NCBI GenBank assembly: GCA_902773665.1
Contig: CACYFF010000006.1
Location: 34,801 to 98,800 of the forward strand
DNA: 64,000 nucleotides
Reading direction: 5' to 3'
Origin: an uncultured Eubacteriales bacterium
GTDB taxonomy: Bacteria > Bacillota > Clostridia > Peptostreptococcales > Anaerovoracaceae
The position numbers were made by a program, and so were the translations under genes. Within the stretch, counting starts at the first letter, position 1. Every line of letters starts with the position of its first letter. This document shows, in pieces, positions 8,717 to 16,909 of the stretch. The notes beneath the pieces are model-generated. The model saw nothing but the letters and a program-made list of their open reading frames with translations, did no database searches and had not been told where the DNA came from.

Positions 8717-9277
8717 ATGAGAAAGAATTTCGGCATGCAGCCCTGGACCTTCCCCCAGACTGTTTTTATTATCGGATCCTACGACGAGAACGGCAAGCCC
8801 GATGCGATGAACGCCGCCTGGTGCGGCATGGGCAACGACGATGAGATCGTCATGTGCATCTCTGCCAATCACAAGACCACGAAGAACATCCTGCAGACCA
8901 AGGCGTTTACCGTAAGCTTCGCCACCGTCGATACGCTGGTCGCCAGCGACTTCGTCGGCGTCGTTTCCGGCAACGATGACCCGGACAAGATGGAGAAATC
9001 CGGCCTGCACGAATTCAAGGCCGAGAACGTGAACGCACCCTGCTTCGAGGAATATCCCATGACCATGGAGTGCACCCTCAGAGCCTATGACGAAGATAAT
9101 TGCTACATGTACGGCAAGATCGTCAACGTATCCGTCGATGAAAGCGTACTGACGGACGGCAAACCCGATCCCGCCAAGCTACAGCCTATCGCCTTCGACC
9201 AGGTGAACAGCAAGTACCTGGTGGTAAAGGATGTAGTCGGCAACGCCTTCGCAGACGGTTTCGCCCTGCAGAAGTAA
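8717..9277 (+). CDS. Flavin reductase-like (flavoredoxin family) protein
   Basis: The internal ATG at 8717 has AGGAGG 10 nt upstream. MRKNFGMQPWTFPQTVFIIGSYDENGKPDAMNAAWCGM is typical of this family. The track N-terminal extension (8537) has no SD. Confidence 0.7.
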   Translation: MRKNFGMQPWTFPQTVFIIGSYDENGKPDAMNAAWCGMGNDDEIVMCISANHKTTKNILQTKAFTVSFATVDTLVASDFVGVVSGNDDPDKMEKSGLHEFKAENVNAPCFEEYPMTMECTLRAYDEDNCYMYGKIVNVSVDESVLTDGKPDPAKLQPIAFDQVNSKYLVVKDVVGNAFADGFALQK

Positions 9278-9295
9278 AGAACACGAACAATACAA

Positions 9296-9324
9296 GGGGA
9301 CAGGTACATTGTGTACCTGTCCCC
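9296..9324. terminator. Bidirectional terminator hairpin between convergent genes
   Basis: GGGGACAGGTACAttgTGTACCTGTCCCC followed by TTT. Confidence 0.7.
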
Positions 9325-9332
9325 TTTACTGT

Positions 9333-9875
9333 TTATCTCATGCTTTTTCTTACCCGTTTCCAGTCGGGATATACACGCTCCACGTGGGCCCAGAAAGCTT
9401 TGCTGTGATTCGGTTCCCAGAGATGGCACAGCTCGTGGACGACGACGTAATCCAGGCATTCTGCCGGCATGTCCAGCAGTTTTAGATTGAAATTCAGATG
9501 CCCGCTGCGGGAGTTGCACGACCCCCAGCGGGTCTTCATATCTCTTACGGAGAAACCGCTGCAGCGCTTTCCCACCAAAGGCTGCCAGCGCTCCAAAGCG
9601 GCGGCGCATTTCGCCCGGAAAGCCCTGCGGTCCGCGTCGGTAAAGGTCCGAACCGGTTTCGCGGCCTTTGCCTGCGCCTTCTTAAAAGCCTGTTCGACCC
9701 ACGCCTGCCGTCTCTTCACGAAATCCAGGATGGCGGCATCGCTTACGTGCCGTGGCGCCGAGACCTTCAGGCAGCCGCTGACGGGGTCAACGCGCAGATA
9801 CATATTTTTGATCGCTTTCCGCTGCACCAGGACGGTATAGTCCCCTGCCTGCAGCGTTTTTTCAGCCGGCCGCAC
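9333..9875 (-). CDS. YgjP-like (DUF45/M48-related) metal-dependent hydrolase
   Basis: 180 aa with HELCHL (HExxH) and the ...WGSC... motif. GTG start with AGGAGG 6 nt upstream. Overlaps the end of the EamA gene by 14 nt. Confidence 0.7.
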   Translation of the reverse strand: MRPAEKTLQAGDYTVLVQRKAIKNMYLRVDPVSGCLKVSAPRHVSDAAILDFVKRRQAWVEQAFKKAQAKAAKPVRTFTDADRRAFRAKCAAALERWQPLVGKRCSGFSVRDMKTRWGSCNSRSGHLNFNLKLLDMPAECLDYVVVHELCHLWEPNHSKAFWAHVERVYPDWKRVRKSMR

Positions 9876-10731
9876 CGGACGCCTCCTGGTGTTTCATGTC
9901 CCAGAGCTGGTAAACGGTGACCGATACCAGCACGATGATGCCGCCCAACGCGAACAGGAACGTGATGGGTTCGTTATAGAACAGCGCCACCCAGATGGGG
10001 TTGAGCACCGGTTCCACGCCCGTAAGCAGGCATGCCGTGACAGGAGCCGTCGTCTTAAGGCCGATGGAGAGGAAAATGTAGCCGAAACCCAGCTGGAACA
10101 AGCCCAATGCCAGAAGCGACAGCCAGGATACCGCATTCAAGGCGGAAAAGTCCGCCTTCAGGAGCCAGGGAAGCTCGATCACGAATGTGGAGAGCTGCGC
10201 GATGACGGAAGAGCTTAAGGGGTCGGAATCCTCGAAGGAGTTGCTCATAAAGACGCCGCTGTAGGTGATGCCGGACAGCAGCGCCAGCAGATTGCCGGAC
10301 GTTCTGCCGGCAGCCAGTCCTTCGTAGAAGCAGATCGCGATGCCCGCGAAGACGACAAGAGAGGCGATGATATCCCCCGCCCGGGGCTTCTTATGGAACA
10401 GGATGAGCCCAAACAGCATCGTCCAGATGGGAACGGTAAACTGGATGACGATCGCAGCGCCTGCCGTCGTCAGTTTTACGGCCATGGCGTAGATCGTCGT
10501 CGTAAGGAACATCGCTATGGACGCGATGAGGATATGCTTGTTGAAGCGGATCTTGTGGTGGACGATGCGGGCGTAGATGTAGATCGTAAGCCCTGAGACC
10601 AGACAGCGGAAGCAGTTGATCGAAAGCGCGTTCCAGGGTACGACCTTCATGCACAGGCCGCCGATGGAGAACAGCACGCCGCACAATACTACGTAGATAG
10701 GACCGCGGTTTACGGCCTTTTTATCGTTCAT
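9862..10731 (-). CDS. EamA/DMT-family transporter
   Basis: 289 aa, about 10 hydrophobic helices, duplicated EamA-like halves. ATGA overlap with whiA. Confidence 0.75.
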   Translation of the reverse strand: MNDKKAVNRGPIYVVLCGVLFSIGGLCMKVVPWNALSINCFRCLVSGLTIYIYARIVHHKIRFNKHILIASIAMFLTTTIYAMAVKLTTAGAAIVIQFTVPIWTMLFGLILFHKKPRAGDIIASLVVFAGIAICFYEGLAAGRTSGNLLALLSGITYSGVFMSNSFEDSDPLSSSVIAQLSTFVIELPWLLKADFSALNAVSWLSLLALGLFQLGFGYIFLSIGLKTTAPVTACLLTGVEPVLNPIWVALFYNEPITFLFALGGIIVLVSVTVYQLWDMKHQEASGAAG

Positions 10732-11693
10732 AACCGGAATTCCTCCGATCTGTATGCTCTCATTTTGTTCGCCTCTTCTGCGAGTTTTGCAAATCTGTGG
10801 TTGAGTCCGGATTTCTTTAAGGGCGGATCGAACAGTTCCGCCAGGTCGGCAAGCGAAAGTTCCGGATGTTCCTTTCGCATCTGCGCCGTTTCCTGCAGCG
10901 CGGCGGACAGCGCGCCTAAGCCCTTCGTCTCTTCGATGACCCGGATATCAGCCAGCTGCTTTTGGGCAGCGCTCACCTGTTTATCCACGTTGGCGCTCTC
11001 GCAGTTGGCGATACGGTTGGCCTTGTTCAAGTTCTCCTTTGTCATCCGCACGTCCTGATACTGAAAATACAGGGACGTGGCGCCGATGATGTTCAGAAAA
11101 TCGCCGATCTGCTCGCTGTCCTTCAGATAGACCACGTGCTTATTGCGGCGCTTTACCGTCTTTGCCTTCAGGCCGAAGCTGTTGACGACCCTGCGCATGT
11201 CCTGCGCCATATAGTCCGAGCCGCACACCAGCTCCAGGTGATAGCCTTTCACCGGATCGGACACCGACCCGCATGCCAGAAACGCACCCCGCAGTGCCGC
11301 CTTCTTGCAGCAGCGCTTTCGCACGATCGCGGCATCGAAGCCGTCCGTAATGTAGTTGCTGCCCTCTTTTACGCCCAGGATCCCGACTTCCCGCAGGATC
11401 TGTTCGGAATTCATCTCCGGGGTAACGGTGAGCTCGTAGACGCGCCCCTTTGCCAGCGGCGTGGGTTCGCCCAGGGAGAGCGCCGTCTTCGCGCCGAAAT
11501 ACTCCTTTACGAGCCGGATGAACAGCCGGGCAGCGGAGGCATTGTCCGTGGTCACCTTGATGCCCATGCGGCCGGACGAGAGCGTAATGCTCCCCGCAAA
11601 ACGCAAAAAGCCGGCGATCTCTGCCAGCTGGCAGCACTTCTTTTCCGGCACGGTTCTGGTCAGTTCATTTTTTACATCGGATGCAAAGGACAT
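10728..11693 (-). CDS. whiA: DNA-binding protein WhiA
   Basis: 321 aa. MSFASDVKNELTR...KKCCQLAEIAGFLRFAGS is the WhiA N-terminus. LAGLIDADG-like middle and C-terminal HTH. Confidence 0.9.
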   Translation of the reverse strand: MSFASDVKNELTRTVPEKKCCQLAEIAGFLRFAGSITLSSGRMGIKVTTDNASAARLFIRLVKEYFGAKTALSLGEPTPLAKGRVYELTVTPEMNSEQILREVGILGVKEGSNYITDGFDAAIVRKRCCKKAALRGAFLACGSVSDPVKGYHLELVCGSDYMAQDMRRVVNSFGLKAKTVKRRNKHVVYLKDSEQIGDFLNIIGATSLYFQYQDVRMTKENLNKANRIANCESANVDKQVSAAQKQLADIRVIEETKGLGALSAALQETAQMRKEHPELSLADLAELFDPPLKKSGLNHRFAKLAEEANKMRAYRSEEFRL

Positions 11694-11716
11694 ACAGGGA
11701 TTATATCATAAACATA

Positions 11717-11766
11717 ACACAGGGGGACAGGTACAATGTGCAAACACAGTGGACCTGTCCTCTTGT
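11717..11766 (-). terminator. Long hairpin downstream of the ABC operon (probable terminator, weak U-tract)
   Basis: The minus strand reads ACACAAGAGGACAGGTccactgtgtttgcacattgtACCTGTCCCCCTGTGT. Confidence 0.5.
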
Positions 11767-11775
11767 GTCAATTTT

Positions 11776-12519
11776 TTAATAGAGTACTTTGCTTAAGAAT
11801 TCCGCCGTTCTGGGATTCTGCGGATGGTTGAACACCTGCTCCGGCGTTCCCTCTTCGGCGATATTGCCGCCGTCCATAAACAGCACGCGGTCGGAGACTT
11901 CCCGGCAGAAGCCCATCTCGTGGGTCACGATGACGCAGGTCATGCCGGACTTCACCAGGTCCTTGATAACGTCCAGAACTTCGCCGACCATCTCCGGGTC
12001 AAGCGCCGAAGTCGGCTCGTCGAAAAGCATGACGTCGGGCTCCATCGCCAGCGCCCGCACGATGGCAAGACGCTGCTTCTGGCCGCCGGACAGCCGTCCG
12101 GGATGCTCGCTCCATTTGTCGAGCAGACCGACTCTGGCCAGCAGTTCCTTCGCCATCTCGTCGGCTTCCGCCTGGGTCTTCTTTTTCGTGAGGACCGGCG
12201 CCAGCGTAATGTTCTCCGCGACACTCAGGTGCGGAAATACGTTAAAGTGCTGGAACACCATGCCCATCTTCTGACGGTGCACGTCGATATCGATGCCCTT
12301 TGCGGTAATGTCCACCCCTTCGAAGAAGATCTGACCCTTCTCCGGCACCTCCAGCAGGTTTAAGCAGCGCAGGAACGTGCTCTTGCCGCCGCCGGACGGG
12401 CCGATGATGGAGACAACTTCCCCTTTTTCGATGTGCTCGTTGACCCCTTTCAGGACGTGCAGGGGTTCCGGCTGCCCTTCTATGATAAAGCTTTTATGCA
12501 AGTCTACCGTTTTAATCAC
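11776..12519 (-). CDS. Polar amino-acid ABC transporter, ATP-binding protein
   Basis: 247 aa. [20 protein letters not shown] and [11 protein letters not shown] motifs. GTG start overlaps the permease stop. Confidence 0.9.
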   Translation of the reverse strand: MIKTVDLHKSFIIEGQPEPLHVLKGVNEHIEKGEVVSIIGPSGGGKSTFLRCLNLLEVPEKGQIFFEGVDITAKGIDIDVHRQKMGMVFQHFNVFPHLSVAENITLAPVLTKKKTQAEADEMAKELLARVGLLDKWSEHPGRLSGGQKQRLAIVRALAMEPDVMLFDEPTSALDPEMVGEVLDVIKDLVKSGMTCVIVTHEMGFCREVSDRVLFMDGGNIAEEGTPEQVFNHPQNPRTAEFLSKVLY

Positions 12520-13180
12520 TGGTGCGCATCCTCCTCTCCATGCGGCCCACTACCCGGTTGAGGATGAGGGTCATCACATAGTATATCACGGCCACGATAA
12601 ACAGGCATTCCATGGTGAGGAAAGTATTTCCCTTTACGATCAGATAGGAGGTCATTACCTCGCCTACGAAGAAGGTAGATGCCAGAGAGGTATCCTTGGT
12701 GATGGTGATGAACTCGTTGCCCAGCGCAGGCAGGATGTTCTTGATCGCTTGGGGCAGCACGATCTTCGTCATGGTCTGTTTTCCGCTTAAGCCGAGGCTC
12801 CTAGCCGCCTCCGTCTGACCCTTGTCCACCGCCTGGATGCCGGAACGGAACACTTCCGACACGTAGCAGGCACTGTTGAGGATAAAGCCGATACTGACGC
12901 TCACGAAAGTCGGGATGCCCGGAAACAGCCTGGGCAGGCCCAGATAAAAGACGTACAGCTGCAGCAGCATGGGCGTGCCGCGGACGATCTCACCCAGATT
13001 TAAGGCGATGCTGTTCAGCACCTTGCTCTTCGACATGCGGGCAAGGCAGATGAAGATGCCCAGAATCGCGCCGAAAAAGACGGTGATCGAAGTCAGGGCA
13101 AGGGTATAGCCTACGCCCCGGATCAGGAACACCCTCCAGTATTTCGACATGATCTTGACGATGTTAGAAAAAAAACTCAC
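12512..13180 (-). CDS. Amino-acid ABC transporter permease (HisM/GlnP type)
   Basis: 222 aa, multi-TM, EAA-like loop ([23 protein letters not shown]). GTG start with GGAGGG SD. Confidence 0.85.
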   Translation of the reverse strand: MSFFSNIVKIMSKYWRVFLIRGVGYTLALTSITVFFGAILGIFICLARMSKSKVLNSIALNLGEIVRGTPMLLQLYVFYLGLPRLFPGIPTFVSVSIGFILNSACYVSEVFRSGIQAVDKGQTEAARSLGLSGKQTMTKIVLPQAIKNILPALGNEFITITKDTSLASTFFVGEVMTSYLIVKGNTFLTMECLFIVAVIYYVMTLILNRVVGRMERRMRTSD

Positions 13181-13281
13181 GGAATCCCTCCTGAAACTGA
13201 TGAATTTGACAGAGAAGCGGGCTGTCTGAGGAGGAGCAGCCCGCCTGTCTGGTCCGAATCTGTTTTCGATTCTCTATTGCT

Positions 13282-14178
13282 CTAGTAGCTGACTTCTTCT
13301 GCGGTATCGATACCAGCAAGAGCCTTCGCTTCTTCGTACCACTGGCCGTAATAGCCGGCGTCGTAGGCCTTGGCCAGGATCTCGTTCACCTTTTCCAGCA
13401 GTGCATCGTTGCCCTTGGTCATCATGATGACGTTGTTTTCCGCTTCCTCGGAAACTTCGAACTCGAAGCCGCTCATGGCGATGGCGTCGTTATTGGAAAT
13501 GATGGCTTCCCCGTTGCCGTAGGCGACCGCTACAGCGTCTACGATACCGCTGCGCAGGGCTTCCACAGCCGTTCCCAGATCCGCGTACAGCACGATCTCC
13601 GTATCGGAAGGCAGCTGCGCCGTGCAGAGGTTATACTGCAGGGATGCGCTCTGGGCACCGACCTTCAGTCCGCTGTAATCTTCCGCCTTGGTCCACTTGT
13701 CCGCATTCTCCGCCAGAACGATGATGGTCTGTTCTGTCTCGTTGTCGCCGGCGTAATAGTAGTCGGACAGGTTAAAGTTTTCCGCACGCTCCGGCGTGTA
13801 GGAGAAACCGGAAATGGACATGTCCACAGAGTGCGTCTGGACAGCGGCCTGGCAGGCATCGAAGCTCATGGGCTCGATGGTCAGTTCGCAGCCCATCTCT
13901 TCTGCGATGAACTTTGCCAGCGTAACATCGAATCCTACGTACTGGTCCTGACCGGATTTGGACGTATCGACAAATTCCATCGGCGCGAAGTCCGGGGACA
14001 GTGCCACGGAGAGTTTACCCGGGGCTATGGTGAGCTGTTCCTGGGCAGCTTCACCTTCCGTCTCCGTCTCGGTACCTTCGGCCGCTTCCGGCTCTGCGGC
14101 GGGTTCCTGGCTGGAGGTGCATGCGGTGACCCCGAAGATCATCAGGGCGGCTAACAGGATCGCTAAAATCTTTTTCAT
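13282..14178 (-). CDS. Amino-acid ABC transporter substrate-binding lipoprotein
   Basis: 298 aa. Lipobox (FGVTAC), acidic low-complexity linker, then an SBP_bac_3-like domain. Confidence 0.85.
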   Translation of the reverse strand: MKKILAILLAALMIFGVTACTSSQEPAAEPEAAEGTETETEGEAAQEQLTIAPGKLSVALSPDFAPMEFVDTSKSGQDQYVGFDVTLAKFIAEEMGCELTIEPMSFDACQAAVQTHSVDMSISGFSYTPERAENFNLSDYYYAGDNETEQTIIVLAENADKWTKAEDYSGLKVGAQSASLQYNLCTAQLPSDTEIVLYADLGTAVEALRSGIVDAVAVAYGNGEAIISNNDAIAMSGFEFEVSEEAENNVIMMTKGNDALLEKVNEILAKAYDAGYYGQWYEEAKALAGIDTAEEVSY

Positions 14179-14244
14179 TGTATTGTCTCCTTCTAATTGT
14201 GTTTTCCTTCTATTGTGATGTGTTTTCCTTCAGCTGATGTGTAT

Positions 14245-14327
14245 ATTATATTGCATAAAAATGAATAGTCAAGAGGTAATTTTGCATAATTTGAATAATT
14301 TTCGAACTATTTAAAAGTTTTTATGCA
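14245..14327. promoter_or_regulatory. ABC-operon promoter region with three TTGCATAA boxes
   Basis: TTGCATAA occurs at 14251-58 and 14282-89, with an inverted copy at 14320-27. The first copy lies in the spacer of TTGACT, 16 nt, TATAAT (minus strand). Confidence 0.45.
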
Positions 14328-14331
14328 AAAC

Positions 14332-14358
14332 AAAAACCCCGGAGCATATTCTCCGGGG
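14332..14358 (-). terminator. Intrinsic terminator after the XRE-type gene
   Basis: The minus strand reads CCCCGGAGaatatgCTCCGGGG followed by TTTTT. Confidence 0.8.
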
Positions 14359-14363
14359 TCAGC

Positions 14364-14801
14364 TTAGACCAAAGTATTCTCACCCTGATCGAACAGGGCG
14401 TCGTTTACTTCCTGTAATTTCTGGTGATGAGTGATCCCATACAGGATGATGGCATCCCGTTTGTCTCTTGCATAGAGCTCTGCAAATCCGCTTTGGCGGA
14501 GCAGACGCTGCGTATCTTCGAAGGTCGAGCCCATCCCGATCGCCAGGCAGAGCAGCCTGTCCCGGGACGGATTCCGTTTTCCGGCGAACAGCTGGTGCAG
14601 ATAGACAGAACTCACGCCGCTGCGGCGGGCCAGCTCGGCCTTCGTCATATCGGTCTTCTGGTATAACTCATTCAGCAGTTCCTGCACGCTTTCTGAAGAA
14701 AAGTAGGCCTGGTTTTCCGACAGATACTCGTTAAGATCAGGAGCTTCTGTCAATTCCTTTCTGATGTCGTCCGTCTTTTTGCTTTCATGAATCAAATCCA
14801 T
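14364..14801 (-). CDS. XRE-family helix-turn-helix protein
   Basis: HTH segment MTKAELARRSGVSSVYLHQLFAGKRNPSRDRLLCLAIGM. I prefer the ATG at 14801 (GGAGA 6 nt upstream) over the track start 14831. Confidence 0.7.
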   Translation of the reverse strand: MDLIHESKKTDDIRKELTEAPDLNEYLSENQAYFSSESVQELLNELYQKTDMTKAELARRSGVSSVYLHQLFAGKRNPSRDRLLCLAIGMGSTFEDTQRLLRQSGFAELYARDKRDAIILYGITHHQKLQEVNDALFDQGENTLV

Positions 14802-15608
14802 GCTTTTCTCCGTTTTCGCGCAATGATACAATTAATTTATAGAAATTTTACCTTCTTTTCAAGACAAAAACAATATGCCGGCAGCATACTGTTTTCAAGG
14901 GGGAAGACCATTTACGACTTTCTGAAAGAGCACATACAGAACGATTTTCTGCAAGTCAAAGAGCTTCGCCGGACAGACCGGGGAAGCGTTATTTTGGTGC
15001 GCCATAAAGAGACAAAGACGCCCTATATCTTCCGGGAATTCGAAGGAAGCTCGGAAGTCTACCGCAAATTGCTGTTTCTTGCATGTCCCAACCTCCCCCG
15101 CATTTACGAAGCTGCGGAGAAGGACGGGCATGCCGCCGTACTGGAAGAATACATCGAAGGCGACAACATGCAGGAAATGCTGAAAGGCGCCCTCTTTTCT
15201 GAGAAGGAGACGCGGCAGATCGTCCGGGACCTCTGCAATGCGCTTTGGGTGCTGCACAAACAAGGTGCCGTACACCGGGATATTAAACCGGAAAACGTCA
15301 TTCTGCGCGGAGAGCAGGCTGTTCTGATCGACTTCGACGCATCCCGGGTGTTTAAGCGCGATCAAAGTGTCGACACCGTGGTGCTCGGGACCACCGGATT
15401 CGCCGCCCCAGAACAATATGGCATGGGGCAGTCCGACAACCGCTCCGATATCTATTCCCTTGGGGTGCTGATGAACGTGATGCTCACGGGTCAGCATCCA
15501 TCCCGGCAGCTGGCATCCGGCAAATTCGGCCGCATCGTCAAAAAATGCACCATGACGAACCCTGCCGGCCGCTATCAAACGGTTTTAGATCTGATGGAGG
15601 TGCTGTGA
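14787..15608 (+). CDS. Hanks-type Ser/Thr protein kinase, catalytic domain only (start codon uncertain)
   Basis: HRDIKPENVIL, LIDFDASR (DFD instead of DFG), GTTGFAAPEQ, DIYSLGV. The track start overlaps the divergent HTH gene. An AAGGGGGAAG SD-like run at 14898-14906 suggests a non-ATG start near 14907-14913. Confidence 0.75.
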   Translation: MNQIHAFLRFRAMIQLIYRNFTFFSRQKQYAGSILFSRGKTIYDFLKEHIQNDFLQVKELRRTDRGSVILVRHKETKTPYIFREFEGSSEVYRKLLFLACPNLPRIYEAAEKDGHAAVLEEYIEGDNMQEMLKGALFSEKETRQIVRDLCNALWVLHKQGAVHRDIKPENVILRGEQAVLIDFDASRVFKRDQSVDTVVLGTTGFAAPEQYGMGQSDNRSDIYSLGVLMNVMLTGQHPSRQLASGKFGRIVKKCTMTNPAGRYQTVLDLMEVL

Positions 15609-15611
15609 CCC

Positions 15612-16847
15612 ATGAAAAACTGCATCCATTGCGGAAAACCGATCCCGGACGACGCATCGTTTTGCCCCTATTGCGAGACCGTGCAGGGCGAAGTGAAACA
15701 AGAGACTGCGCCAAAAAGGATACGGAAAAGCACGATCCTTCTTGTCTGCCTCCTGCTCTCGGCAGCCGTTTTCCTGATCCATCGGGCAACGGCGCCGAAG
15801 GTGATCGATGCCAAAGGACCGGAGCTGGTCTATGGCGATTACCGGCTCATCCTGACCTTTACAAGGCCGGACACGGAGGAAATGATCCCCGAACCGCAGG
15901 AAAACGGCGGTGCGAGCCTGACTGTCGTGGACGACGGGGCGAATCCGTCCATGCTGTTCATAGCAGGAAAAGAGAGCGAAACCAATCTGCGCGAGGAATT
16001 CGAAGAACAGATCGAGTCCATAGAGCTGACGGCGGTCCCCCGCGATGGCGCAGAACCGATGAGATGGTCGGAGCCGGAATACAGTCCCCGTGTTCCGGGC
16101 GCTATGCGCATGGCGGATCTACGCTTCACGAGTGCATGCGGCGCCAACGATATATACTGGACGCTGCACATGAAAAACGGCGACGTTTTAAAACTGCAGC
16201 ATATCTTCACCTGTGTCGAGACGCCCTCCGTCGTCTACCGGCCGGAAGACGTTCCGATGGATACGATCGAAGATCTGCAGGCACTGATCGACCGGATCGA
16301 TAAGGAAATACCGCCCACTGTTCCCGTTTATATTTTCCTGCCCGGGGTCACCTACGAAGGCGGGCTGACCCTCACAAACCGCACCTGCGCCTTGTTTGGC
16401 AGAGGAAATTTCGACGATCGGCCGATCTTTAAGGGGACGATTACCATAAGTTCGTCTGCCCCGGAAAAGCAGAGGATGCAGGCGATCCGGTTTGAAGGAG
16501 AAGATGCCGGCATCGCGGCCTATGCGAGCGCAATGGCATCCGAATGCACGTTTACAAATGTGAGGACGGGCATTGCCGTCTATGACGGCGCAGCGTTCGA
16601 TCCGCACGGCTGCGTATTTGAGGGCTGCGGAACCGGCATCCTCTACGATGTGAACGAGTCTCCGTACCATGTAGCTTTGGAACTGGACCACTGCGAATTC
16701 CGCAGCAGCCATACAGGCCTCCACGTAAAGGCGTTTGCCAACGGCGAAGCTGTTATTTGCCACGACTGCACGTTCTCCGGCAACGAGAACGATATCCAAA
16801 ACGACACGGATGTGCCGGTGGATACCAGCGGGGCGACGTTTGAATAG
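15612..16847 (+). CDS. Zinc-ribbon / single-pass membrane protein with a beta-helix-like extracytoplasmic domain
   Basis: 411 aa. N-terminal CIHCGKPIPDDASFCPYC, one TM (ILLVCLLLSAAVFLI). The C-terminus has repeated short G/C/F-rich units (CTFTNVRTGIAVYDG, CVFEGCGTGILYD, CEFRSSHTGLHV, CHDCTFSGN). It starts 3 nt after the kinase stop. Confidence 0.5.
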   Translation: MKNCIHCGKPIPDDASFCPYCETVQGEVKQETAPKRIRKSTILLVCLLLSAAVFLIHRATAPKVIDAKGPELVYGDYRLILTFTRPDTEEMIPEPQENGGASLTVVDDGANPSMLFIAGKESETNLREEFEEQIESIELTAVPRDGAEPMRWSEPEYSPRVPGAMRMADLRFTSACGANDIYWTLHMKNGDVLKLQHIFTCVETPSVVYRPEDVPMDTIEDLQALIDRIDKEIPPTVPVYIFLPGVTYEGGLTLTNRTCALFGRGNFDDRPIFKGTITISSSAPEKQRMQAIRFEGEDAGIAAYASAMASECTFTNVRTGIAVYDGAAFDPHGCVFEGCGTGILYDVNESPYHVALELDHCEFRSSHTGLHVKAFANGEAVICHDCTFSGNENDIQNDTDVPVDTSGATFE

Positions 16848-16862
16848 TACATAAACTGCACG

Positions 16863-16899
16863 AAAAGCGCCCGGCGTTTCCGCCGGGCGTTATTTGTTT
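16863..16899. terminator. Bidirectional terminator between convergent genes
   Basis: GCGCCCGGCGtttcCGCCGGGCGT, flanked by an A-run and a T-run. Confidence 0.75.
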
Positions 16900-16909
16900 G
16901 GTATGCTTT

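Noticed and set aside
9296-11766. Two hairpins (9296-9324 and 11717-11766) share the core GGGGACAGGTACAWTGTG, which looked like a REP/MITE-type repeat family.
   Set aside because: There are only two copies in 64 kb, and each sits exactly where an intrinsic terminator is expected. There are no flanking direct repeats. I treat them as terminators; a genome-wide count could revive the idea.
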